DNA from: Anaerohalosphaeraceae bacterium
GTDB taxonomy: Bacteria; Planctomycetota; Phycisphaerae; Sedimentisphaerales; Anaerohalosphaeraceae
DNA: 64,000 nucleotides
Reading direction: 5' to 3'
Assembly (NCBI GenBank): GCA_050309605.1
Contig: JBNRMN010000089.1
Location: 32,001 to 96,000, forward strand
The notes under the pieces are model-generated. The model did not search any database, was not told the origin of the DNA, and saw only the letters and a program-made list of their open reading frames with translations. Position 1 is the first letter of the stretch. Every line of letters starts with the position of its first letter. Below, piece by piece: positions 39,259 through 48,153 of the stretch. Made by a program: the position numbers and the translations under genes.

Positions 39259-39306
39259 CCACTATATATAGATTAAGCCTTCTGTTAAAATAACAACATA
39301 TTGCCA
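39259..39306. promoter_or_regulatory. Tandem NrdR boxes upstream of nrdJ
   Basis: CCACTATATATAGATT (39259-39274) and TAACAACATATTGCCA (39291-39306), 32 bp apart; resemble consensus acaCwAtATaTwGtgt. Confidence 0.8.
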
Positions 39307-39708
39307 ATTACTTCTACGATATGATACTGTTTGCGGGTTGGCCGACAAGCAAAAAATCAGCGAAAAAATGTGAGATTTTTGTTAGTTCTTGCAGTTATTG
39401 AACCTACGGGCATAAAAAATTTCGCAACGGCTTCAAAGAAGCCGATAGGCCGAGACCTTGTACACCGAAAAAGGCGCAATCACTGCTCTTTTTTTCAGAC
39501 AGATGAATGTTTATGTTACAAAAACAAATTGTCTTGGCCTGAATCAAAAAAACTCCTGTGTTTCCTGGATTTAGACGTAAATACTTTGCGTTTTTTTATC
39601 AAAACACGAATTTTTCCCCTCTATTCAACGGAAAATTCTTCATAATAAGAGTAGCTAAGGGTTGCTTTTCGGCGATCCGCGGGGCGAAAATGATGTAGGC
39701 AGCACGTT

Positions 39709-40257
39709 ATGGATCACAAGAAACAGATAAAAGAAGATAGGATGAGCGTAGAGTTTTTGCGGCTCTTTGTGGAGCATCAAAAATCGATTTATGCGTACAT
39801 CTTGGCGATGGTTCATCAGCCGGCAGACGCCGAGGATATTATGCAGAATGTGGTTACGCTGATGTGGGAGCGGTTTGATGAGTTTCAGCCGGGGACGAAT
39901 TTCGGGGCGTGGGGTGTTAAGATCGCACGTTTGAAAGTTTTGGAATATCATCGGGAAAAAAAGCGGGATTTTTCATTTTTTTCCGACGAATTGTTTGATT
40001 ATTTAAGCCAAACAGCCTGCGCCAAGGTCGAATCGATGGATGATCGGCTGCGTGCCCTTCAGCATTGCCTGATGAAACTGGACGCCTCAGACCGGCGGCT
40101 GATGCAGATTCGATACGAAAAGGGGTTGAGCATCAAGCAGATTGCCGGGATGCTCCAGCGGCCGCTGCCGGGATTATATAAAGTGATGGGACGAATTCAT
40201 CGTGCGTTGGTACGGTGCGTGAAAATGACGCTGAACGCATGGGAGATGGGTGTATGA
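39709..40257 (+). CDS. ECF sigma-70 factor, paralog of 21277-21822
   Basis: IYAYILAMV..DAEDIMQ..WERFDEFQPGTNFGAW; region 4. Confidence 0.9.
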   Translation: MDHKKQIKEDRMSVEFLRLFVEHQKSIYAYILAMVHQPADAEDIMQNVVTLMWERFDEFQPGTNFGAWGVKIARLKVLEYHREKKRDFSFFSDELFDYLSQTACAKVESMDDRLRALQHCLMKLDASDRRLMQIRYEKGLSIKQIAGMLQRPLPGLYKVMGRIHRALVRCVKMTLNAWEMGV

Positions 40258-41957
40258 AGCCGCATGGCGACACCTCCGAACTGGATGAGCTGATCCTGCG
40301 AAAGCTGGACGGGTCGATCACGCCGAGTGAATATGAATCGCTGGTGCATCTGCTGGAACAGGATCGAGCGGCGGCGGATTATTATGTTGAGTTCGCCCTG
40401 CTGTACGCGGCGCTTTCGGAACCGGGCAAAATCGCCTTTGCACCGGACGCCGAGACGCTGGATCGGAACATCTACAATTCCCTGTTTGCCCAGCTTGCAG
40501 AAGAAGAAAGACGTGCTGCGTCCTCGTCAAGCCGTTGTGCGTCGGAAAAACAACCGGTTCTGATTGAAGGGGTTCGCGAACAGAAAAAACGCATCAAAAG
40601 GGATCGGCAAGTCTCGCGTTTCAATATGTGGTTTACACTTTGTTCCGTTGCGGCGATGCTGCTGGTGATGTGGTATGTTGCCGGCAATCCGCGCCTGGTT
40701 CAAATGGATGTGGCAACTTTGACCGATTCCGTCGGGGCAGTGTGGGGATCGTCGGAATCGCGTCCAATCGGCGCGCGTTTCAAAAACAATGCCGATCCGG
40801 TGTATCTTGCCTCGGGATGGGCGACGGTACGGTTTGATTACGGCGCTGAGGTGGTCGTGGAAGGACCGGCTGAATTTACGTTTGTCTCGGCGGAAAAAAT
40901 TACACTGCATTCCGGTCGATTGTTTGCCCGTGTACCGTCTCGTGCGGTCGGGTTTACGGTGGATCTGCCCGGCGGCAGTATTATCGATCTGGGCACGGAA
41001 TTCGGCGTTGTCGCCCGTTCGGACGGCGGCGATGTGAAGTTGTTTTCGGGCAGCGCGACCCTGCTAACGGGCGCGCAAGGGACGCGCCGCAGCAGCCGTT
41101 TGCTTGTTCCGGGAACAGCCAACCGCATCTCAGGGGATACCGGACAGGTCCATCGGATTGAGTTGAGTTCCGACGAGTTTGTCCGTCGGATCGATTCGGC
41201 GACCGGGATTGTCTGGAGGGGTCAGCCGCTGGATTTGGCCGATATGGTCGGAGGCGGCAACGGTCTTGGAACCGGCCAGCGGGAAACGGGAATGCATCCT
41301 GTCACAGGCCTTCGCGGCGGCTATCTGTCTGAGGATCGCGCCGCGGACAATCAGTATGTGCAAACGCGCCGGGAGCGTTATATCGACGGGGTCTTTGTGC
41401 CGAACGGCAAAACGGCCCAGACGGTCAGTTCGGAGGGGCATATTTTCACCGATTGTCCGGTAACCAGCGGCCTGTTTTACTCCGAGATTATCCACGGCGC
41501 GGGGACATTTCTGTCGGACTTTACCAACGGCACGCCGCCGGGCACTCTGGAAGACCGGTTCTACGGCACGCCGGAAAATCCGAGCATTTTTATGCACGCC
41601 AGTGTCGGTATCACGTTTGATTTGGATGCTATCCGACGGGATTATCCGGATTTTGCCGCGTGTCGATTCACCGCCGAAGCGGGTATCTCAACGGCGGCGC
41701 CGCGTGTGCCGAATGCAGATATCTGGGTGCTGGTTGACGGCGCCGTCCGATTTCAGAAAACGGGAATTTCGGAAAAAGGGACGGCCTTCTTAATCGACAT
41801 CGACTTAAAACCGACGGATCGATTTTTGACGCTGGTGACAACCGACGGCGGCGACGCCGACCGGGGCGTTGATCAGTTGCGATCAACCGACTCCGATTGG
41901 TGCGTCTTTGTACGCCCCACGCTCTTGTCGGATTCAATGAAACCGAAAATACCATAA
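40254..41957 (+). CDS. FecR-family anti-sigma factor with C-terminal NPCBM-like domain
   Basis: ATGA overlap with sigma; one TM; GFTVDLPGGSIIDLGTEFGV; IWVLVDG..RFLTLVTTDGG..SDWCVFVRP. Confidence 0.85.
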   Translation: MKPHGDTSELDELILRKLDGSITPSEYESLVHLLEQDRAAADYYVEFALLYAALSEPGKIAFAPDAETLDRNIYNSLFAQLAEEERRAASSSSRCASEKQPVLIEGVREQKKRIKRDRQVSRFNMWFTLCSVAAMLLVMWYVAGNPRLVQMDVATLTDSVGAVWGSSESRPIGARFKNNADPVYLASGWATVRFDYGAEVVVEGPAEFTFVSAEKITLHSGRLFARVPSRAVGFTVDLPGGSIIDLGTEFGVVARSDGGDVKLFSGSATLLTGAQGTRRSSRLLVPGTANRISGDTGQVHRIELSSDEFVRRIDSATGIVWRGQPLDLADMVGGGNGLGTGQRETGMHPVTGLRGGYLSEDRAADNQYVQTRRERYIDGVFVPNGKTAQTVSSEGHIFTDCPVTSGLFYSEIIHGAGTFLSDFTNGTPPGTLEDRFYGTPENPSIFMHASVGITFDLDAIRRDYPDFAACRFTAEAGISTAAPRVPNADIWVLVDGAVRFQKTGISEKGTAFLIDIDLKPTDRFLTLVTTDGGDADRGVDQLRSTDSDWCVFVRPTLLSDSMKPKIP

Positions 41958-42200
41958 CCATGAATCAAGAAAGGAGCGTGATAAATCGATACAACCAATA
42001 CGAAGTTCAGATGCGACGGGCGGTCCGCCGCAGTGTGTCATAATGTTTGTCAGTGGAGGCTCTATCGATGGAAAGGAGAATGTTATATTAATGGTGTGCG
42101 GTAATTGAACTGTTGAGTTAGGTGGGCAGTTTGTCACGATTGACGGTTGGGGCAAACTGCGGAAAGTAAAAGAAGAATATGGATTAAGGAGACCGGTACA

Positions 42201-44291
42201 ATGAGACACATAACACACATAGTTCTGCTGGTTCTTATGGCCGCAGTCCCGTTGCGGGCCGATCTTGTGAACCGGTACAGCTTTACTTCCGGCCCGGGGG
42301 CGATCGATTCTGTGGCCGGAATGGACGGCACGCTGGAAGGCTCGGCTGCCATCGCCGGCGGTCAGTTGGTTCTGGACGGCGGCGGGTATGCCTCGCTGCC
42401 GGCCGATGTGCTGCAGGATTACACCAGCGCGACCCTGGAGGCGTGGTTTACCGATGAGATGATGTCCGGCTGGGCGCGCGTGTTCGACTTCGGCGACACA
42501 TCAGACAATGCCGGCGGATATACCTGGTTTTTCTCGCCCAGCGGTCCGGGCAATGCCCGGCTGGCTCTGAGTACCACGGGGTTTCCCTCGTGGTCGGTCG
42601 GCGAGGAACAACTGAACGGTCCGACTCTCGAAGCCGGCGTCACGTATCACCTCGTGTGCATTTTTGACGAAGACGGCGGCCAAGAGGGCACCCCGGCCAT
42701 GCGGCTCTATATTGATGGCGAGCTGGTTGATTTTAGCGACGACACCTCGCCGCATCTGCTGGCCAATGTGGCGCGGGTGTATGCTTATCTCGGTCGAGCC
42801 ACGTATCCGGGAGATCCGTACCTCCAGGGGCAAATTGATGAATTCCGCATTTATAATGCGCCGCTTGGAGAACTGGATATCTTCTTCAACATGCAGATGG
42901 GTCCGGATCGGTATCAGCCCTGCGTGATTGAGAGTATGACGCCGGCCAACGGCCAGGATCGCGTGCCGCGGATGCCGACATTAGACTGGACAGTCAAAGC
43001 GGACTTTGAACCGAGTGAATTTAATGTCTATCTGGGAACCGATCCCAATATTGCGGATCCGAATTTCACGGGCATTGACGCCTTTCTGATTGCCACAACG
43101 GATCAGACAAGCCTTTCCCTCGATGCCCCTCTTGAGTATTTTACGACGTATTACTGGCGGGTGGATTCTCTGATCGGCGAAGCGATTTATTTGGGTCCGA
43201 CGCTGTCGTTTACAACTGTGGACCGATTGCCGGTGATTACGCAGCAGCCCGAACGCCAGGTGGTCGATCAGGTCGGACAAACGGCTGTCTTTGAAATCGA
43301 GGTGTACAGCGAATCGCCGGAACGGTACTATTGGTACAGAACATTCAACCCTGATGAGATCGACCCCGAAACAGATACGCTGCTGACCGATCCTGATGGT
43401 GCATTCTTCCCCGATTTTGTTATCTCGGATGTGCAGCTCGAAGATGAAGGGTACTACTACTGCCGGATTGTCAATGAAACCGGCGAAATCCTGTCTAATG
43501 TTGCCACGCTGGGCGTCAAACAGATTCTGGCCCACTGGACGCTGGACGGCCTGGTGGGCGGCCGGTACGCCGACGAACTGGGCAATTATCCGGCCGATCC
43601 CAACGGCACGCCGGTGTTTGTTGACGGCGCCAATCCTGACGTGACCGGTCAGGGGGTTGTCATCGATCAGGCGAATGGTTTTGCGACCGCCGGGACGTGG
43701 AATCCGTCCGAGTTCACCAACCAGTTGACCATCTCTCTGTGGGCCAAGTGGTATGGTCAAACCGACCCGACCACCTGGCAGGGTCTGATCTCCAAGGAAG
43801 TCTCCTATGGTGCAGACACCATGATGTGGCAGCTTGAAGTCAATCAGGGTTCTCCCTACAACATGGTGTGGAAGAACGGTCTGGAGACCGGCAACCTGAC
43901 GACCCCGACGCTTCCGATCGATGTCTGGGAACACATTGTGGTGACCTGGGACGGCACGGTTGCGACGATCTACCGCAACGGCATTCAGGCGGCCAGCGGC
44001 AACTGGCAGCCCGGCACGATGCGGGATGCGCCGGTCAACATCGGCATCAGCGCCTTTAGCCCAACCATCAACCTGATGTTCAACGGTGCGCTGGATGATA
44101 TCCGGATCTACAACTACGCCATGGACAGTATGGACATTGCACTTGAGTACACAGGTGTGTCCGGTGATACGGTTTGCTACGACCCTCCGGCATTGGATTA
44201 TACCGGCGACTGCCGTGTGACGCTGGACGATTTTGCCGTGTTTGCCTCACATTGGCTGGATTGCGCCATCGTACCGGATTGTATGCCTTAA
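42201..44291 (+). CDS. Secreted protein: LamG - FN3-like - Ig - LamG - dockerin-like tail
   Basis: Signal peptide; LVNRYSF, GQIDEFRIY, TYYWRVD, DEGYYYC, GALDDIRIY; DYTGDCRVTLDDFAVFASHWLDC. Confidence 0.85.
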   Translation: MRHITHIVLLVLMAAVPLRADLVNRYSFTSGPGAIDSVAGMDGTLEGSAAIAGGQLVLDGGGYASLPADVLQDYTSATLEAWFTDEMMSGWARVFDFGDTSDNAGGYTWFFSPSGPGNARLALSTTGFPSWSVGEEQLNGPTLEAGVTYHLVCIFDEDGGQEGTPAMRLYIDGELVDFSDDTSPHLLANVARVYAYLGRATYPGDPYLQGQIDEFRIYNAPLGELDIFFNMQMGPDRYQPCVIESMTPANGQDRVPRMPTLDWTVKADFEPSEFNVYLGTDPNIADPNFTGIDAFLIATTDQTSLSLDAPLEYFTTYYWRVDSLIGEAIYLGPTLSFTTVDRLPVITQQPERQVVDQVGQTAVFEIEVYSESPERYYWYRTFNPDEIDPETDTLLTDPDGAFFPDFVISDVQLEDEGYYYCRIVNETGEILSNVATLGVKQILAHWTLDGLVGGRYADELGNYPADPNGTPVFVDGANPDVTGQGVVIDQANGFATAGTWNPSEFTNQLTISLWAKWYGQTDPTTWQGLISKEVSYGADTMMWQLEVNQGSPYNMVWKNGLETGNLTTPTLPIDVWEHIVVTWDGTVATIYRNGIQAASGNWQPGTMRDAPVNIGISAFSPTINLMFNGALDDIRIYNYAMDSMDIALEYTGVSGDTVCYDPPALDYTGDCRVTLDDFAVFASHWLDCAIVPDCMP

Positions 44292-44358
44292 CCGACAATT
44301 GTCGTGAGTAAAAGCAAATGAGATGAAAATCCAATATGCTCTATCGAAAGGAGAAATC

Positions 44359-46593
44359 ATGAAACGATTTCTGTTAACGATGATGATTTTTTTGAGTATG
44401 GTTTCTGCCGGTCAGGCGTGGACGCTGCTCGACGACTTCGACAGCTATGACAACACCAATACCGCAACGACTATCGCGACCGGAGGCGTTTGGACCAGCG
44501 TATTTGACGGTACTGCCAACTCCAACATCATTGATTACGAGGATGGAAAAGTGCTCCAGACCCTTGGCGGAGCGGCGTGGCGTGGAGCCAAACGCGATCT
44601 GACCGGAACCGATGCCGCTGTGCTCATCGGTGAAGTCAAGACCTATTACTGGAGGGTCCGGTGTTCCTACAGTGGCCCCGACACCACAGATTGGGTTTAT
44701 GACTTCATGATGGGCCTTGCTCCCGATGTCAGCAACATCGACCAGAACGACGCATGGCAGGACTTCAGTATCATGCCGTTCATCAACAACGCGCCGACGA
44801 CTCCGTATATCAATGCGGAAGCCCCGACCGAGCCATGGTGGGCCCTGATGAGTCCGGACACCTGGACCAATGTCTGGGTGGTCATTAATAACGACGCGAC
44901 GAATCCGTCGTTTGACCTGTATTATGCGACAGACGACGAAGCCCCCATACTGGTTGTCAGCAACGCGAATTGGCGGAACTTTCCCGTAGGCTCAGACCTC
45001 AATGCGATCGGTTTCATGGCCGCTGGCGGGGCGAACACTGAGTTCTTGATTGACTTCATCTGCTACACAGATGGCGAGTCTTTGGACATTCCGAGTATTG
45101 AGTACGGCGCGCCCTCGAATCCGGTGCCTGCCAACAATGCGGAAAACTACGGCGAGCGCGTCGGCGACAATGTCACGGTGCAGTTGCAGTGGAATACCGG
45201 TATGGACCCTGAAGACCCCGAACAGGTCTGGGATCAGATTCTGGTCCATTACCTCTATATGAGTAAAGACCAGGCCGTATCGAACGACGCCAATTTGTAT
45301 CCGGTCGATACGCTCTATCCTCCGGCCGATTTTGAGATTCCCGCCGATGGCCCAACCGCCGAGGCGACCGTTACAGGCCTGAACTTTGACGGATGGTATC
45401 TCTGGCAGGTCGTGGAAGGCGTTGATGATGGGACCGGAAACCCCTATCCGCTTGGCGACCCCAACAATATTGCGGGGCCCGTTTGGGCGTTCGGTTCGCG
45501 CGTCTCGCGCCCGGTGATTGTCGAGCATCCGGACAGCGCCCTTGTTGATGCAGGCGAAACAGTGGAATTCTCGGTTTCCGTTGAAAGTATTTCGCCGGCC
45601 AGTTATCAATGGTTCAAGGCAGACGGTCCCGAACGCGACGAGGAAAATGATATCCCGCTGACCGATCTGAATATGGATAATGCGACCTTGATCTTAACGG
45701 ATGTTCAGATCGAAGACGAGGGATATTATTACTGCAAGGTGGCCAATCCGCACATCGAGTATTCGAATATGGCGCGGCTGGGTATCCGCCGGCTGGTGGC
45801 CCACTGGACGCTGGATGAACAGGACTATGACCCCGTCGAAGGGCTGTATCTGGATCTGAGCGGCGAAGGCCGTCACGCCGAGCCGAACGGTGTGCCGACG
45901 TTTGTGGAAGGCCAGCTTGGCGATGCCGTGAGCATTCTGCGTCAGAGCGGCGCTGTGCCGAGCACGGAAAGCTGGGCCAGGGCCGGCACGTGGAGTCCGT
46001 CGGAGTTCTCCGGTCAATTGACGGTCAGCTTCTGGCTGAAATGGGCCGGAACAAACGGCACGTGGCAGGGTTTCATCGCTAAACGCTCGATGGGCGACTG
46101 GGGCAATGACACGGTGATGTGGCAGATTTCTACAGACAACAATCAGCCGCATCTGTGGCTCGAAAGTCCCCGCGGCCAAATCGCCGTCAACAACGGCTTG
46201 GTTGCCGATCAGTGGCAGTATATCGTGGCCACGTTTGACGGATCAACCGGCGCGCTTTATATTGACGGCGAACGCCGGGCCAGCGGCAATTTCCAGCTCG
46301 GCGACGCGCTGGATGCGATGCTGTGTCTGGGCGGTAACGGTTTTGAGGGGGCCGGCCGTGAATGGATGAACGGCGATCTGGATGATGTGCGGATTTACAA
46401 TTACGCACTCGATGAGCTGGACATCGCTGTGAACTACACCACTGATGCGCCGGACAAGACAGCCTGCGTCCAGGGCCTCAGACCGGATTTGATGTTCGAT
46501 CTGAACGAGGACTGCATTGTGGACATCGGCGACTTTGCCATCTTTGCGGCCGATTGGCTCGAATGCGGCATTGTACCGGATTGTCTGCCGTAG
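44359..46593 (+). CDS. Secreted protein: novel N-domain - FN3-like - Ig - LamG - dockerin-like tail; C-terminal half paralogous to the upstream gene
   Basis: AAGGAG SD and signal peptide; DEGYYYC, LVAHWTLD, GTWSPSEF, GDLDDVRIY; DLNEDCIVDIGDFAIFAADWLEC. Confidence 0.85.
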   Translation: MKRFLLTMMIFLSMVSAGQAWTLLDDFDSYDNTNTATTIATGGVWTSVFDGTANSNIIDYEDGKVLQTLGGAAWRGAKRDLTGTDAAVLIGEVKTYYWRVRCSYSGPDTTDWVYDFMMGLAPDVSNIDQNDAWQDFSIMPFINNAPTTPYINAEAPTEPWWALMSPDTWTNVWVVINNDATNPSFDLYYATDDEAPILVVSNANWRNFPVGSDLNAIGFMAAGGANTEFLIDFICYTDGESLDIPSIEYGAPSNPVPANNAENYGERVGDNVTVQLQWNTGMDPEDPEQVWDQILVHYLYMSKDQAVSNDANLYPVDTLYPPADFEIPADGPTAEATVTGLNFDGWYLWQVVEGVDDGTGNPYPLGDPNNIAGPVWAFGSRVSRPVIVEHPDSALVDAGETVEFSVSVESISPASYQWFKADGPERDEENDIPLTDLNMDNATLILTDVQIEDEGYYYCKVANPHIEYSNMARLGIRRLVAHWTLDEQDYDPVEGLYLDLSGEGRHAEPNGVPTFVEGQLGDAVSILRQSGAVPSTESWARAGTWSPSEFSGQLTVSFWLKWAGTNGTWQGFIAKRSMGDWGNDTVMWQISTDNNQPHLWLESPRGQIAVNNGLVADQWQYIVATFDGSTGALYIDGERRASGNFQLGDALDAMLCLGGNGFEGAGREWMNGDLDDVRIYNYALDELDIAVNYTTDAPDKTACVQGLRPDLMFDLNEDCIVDIGDFAIFAADWLECGIVPDCLP

Positions 46594-46631
46594 TCGGACG
46601 CGCTGTTAAGCATTATGAAGCAGGCACTTTC

Positions 46632-46672
46632 GCCCCGTCGGCGGCCTTACCAGATCGCCGACGGGGTATTTT
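46632..46672 (+). terminator. Terminator after the LamG pair
   Basis: CCCCGTCGGCG...CGCCGACGGGG followed by TATTTT. Confidence 0.7.
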
Positions 46673-46811
46673 CATGCGCTTACAGCCGGCGTTATTTGAA
46701 ATTTTTCAAATCACCGCCAATCTACCCCCTGTATCCACTTCTATTTCCTATCAATTCGCCATCCTGTATCCACAAAACTTCCTATTTTTTATAAATTTTC
46801 TCTATTTTTTC

Positions 46812-46840
46812 TTGCATTACTGTAGGGAAAATTATATTAT
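46812..46840 (+). promoter_or_regulatory. Sigma70-like promoter ~290 bp upstream of the PEP-CTERM-like gene
   Basis: TTGCAT-17 bp-TATTAT after an AT-rich tract. Confidence 0.45.
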
Positions 46841-47134
46841 AGGACTGTTACGGGAGAAAGACGATTTTACCAAAGGGGAGAAATGCATCAAGGGAGGTCA
46901 TATTTGTTAGCGCATTGAGCCGAACGGTCGGCAGGCTATGTGTCTGCTGACAGCGAGCTTTGTGTTTATATCCGTCATTTTCAAAATACTAAAATTCGGA
47001 TATCGGGAGTGTGAGGAGGTGTGTTGCAATATCGAAATCAGCAACATCGAGTTTGAGTGTAAAAAACAAAGATAATTAAACCATGTTAATACGAAATACA
47101 TCACTGCGTATGTATTTTGAGAAAGGGTACTGCG

Positions 47135-47791
47135 ATGAAAAAGCGAATATGTTTTATGTTAATGATTTTCAGTCTCTACACCATTGCCTCTGCAGACATC
47201 ACGATGACGTTTGAGGAGATTGTGGGTCATAACGGAGCGCCAATCAGCACATTTTACAGCGGAGTCAGTTTCACGGCGGGCGCTTCAAACCAAGAGTGGG
47301 TGGCGGCGGTTGGTCCCAATTACAACGTCTCTTCCTGGCCGTCAGGAACAAGCTGGAATGCGGGTAACTACTGGATTTATGGAAATGTAGGCGCATGGAC
47401 GGAAGTTACGGGCGGTGATGGAAAAATTGCGTTTGACAACAAAAACGCAACTTACGTTGAACTTGGGTATTGTGCCTACTCGGCCTTCTGGCTCGAAGCT
47501 TATGATGAAAATGACAATCTCTTGGACTCTGCCTCCGGCCCCGCGAACCTGCGATATTTAAATGATAACCCGAATGGTCCCGGGACACTTCGTGTCGATT
47601 GGAATGGCTCCGACTACATTGCTTATGTTCGTGTCCACGACTCGGGAAATTACTGGATCATTGATAATGTCCGCACAGATGCGTCAGGGATTACAGGGGT
47701 TGACGGCGTCATTCCCGCTCCCGGAGCGATTCTGCTGGCGGGCATCGGAACAAGTTTGGTCGGCTGGCTGCGTCGAAAACGTGCGCTGTAA
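47135..47791 (+). CDS. Secreted protein with PEP-CTERM-like sorting tail (IPAPGA variant)
   Basis: Signal peptide MKKRICFMLMIFSLYTIASA; C-terminus VIPAPGAILLAGIGTSLVGWLRRKRAL (motif + TM + basic residues). Confidence 0.88.
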   Translation: MKKRICFMLMIFSLYTIASADITMTFEEIVGHNGAPISTFYSGVSFTAGASNQEWVAAVGPNYNVSSWPSGTSWNAGNYWIYGNVGAWTEVTGGDGKIAFDNKNATYVELGYCAYSAFWLEAYDENDNLLDSASGPANLRYLNDNPNGPGTLRVDWNGSDYIAYVRVHDSGNYWIIDNVRTDASGITGVDGVIPAPGAILLAGIGTSLVGWLRRKRAL

Positions 47792-47863
47792 GTTAAACAG
47801 AGTTGGTTATTCACGAGTACGAAGGACGGGCACTATGCCCGGCTTCTTCCCTTTCAGATTCTG

Positions 47864-47895
47864 GCCCCACGCCGTAGCGTACTGCGGCGTGGGGT
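47864..47895. terminator. Strong hairpin between convergent 3' ends
   Basis: CCCCACGCCGTAG-CGTA-CTGCGGCGTGGGG; no clear U tract. Confidence 0.45.
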
Positions 47896-47962
47896 TCGGA
47901 TTCATTCCCCGTGTCGGGTTTGTTTTGAAGCATTCCACGGCGGATCGACGGACAATAACGGC

Positions 47963-48100
47963 TTACAAGCTTGTCAGGTCGGCAAAATCCAGCCAATCAA
48001 CGATTCCATCCCTGTTTCGGTCCGCACTGCCGCATGAATGAAACAATGGGCAATCGGAGTTGAGCCACCACTGAACGAGAAGTCTGAGTGAGCGGATTGT
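47963..48100 (-). pseudogene. 3' remnant of a dockerin-like-tailed secreted protein gene
   Basis: LRLLVQWWLNSDCPLFHSCGSADRNRDGIVDWLDFADL* resembles the tails of neighbouring proteins; no signal peptide or SD; upstream sequence is the addA promoter. Confidence 0.6.
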
Positions 48101-48114
48101 GCCGGCCTGCGCCG

Positions 48115-48142
48115 TTGCAATAGTTCGCGTCCGTGTTATAAT
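48115..48142 (+). promoter_or_regulatory. addA promoter (extended -10), very short leader without SD
   Basis: TTGCAA-16 bp-TATAAT with TGn immediately upstream; ATG 11 nt after the -10. Confidence 0.55.
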
Positions 48143-48153
48143 CAATCTGTCTT

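Noticed and set aside
17443..39699. Exact 13-mer AAAATGATGTAGG in both ECF loci (17443-17455 minus, 39687-39699 plus)
   Set aside because: Positions are not equivalent (gene 3' flank versus sigma 5' flank), and roughly one such match is expected by chance among the intergenic DNA
42148..42180. c-di-GMP-I riboswitch (GGGCAAAC..GGAAAG)
   Set aside because: Lacks the downstream GACGCAAA-type element and the second hairpin
46728..46810. oriC (GTATCCACA resembles a DnaA box next to an AT-rich tract)
   Set aside because: Only two imperfect boxes and no dnaA/dnaN context
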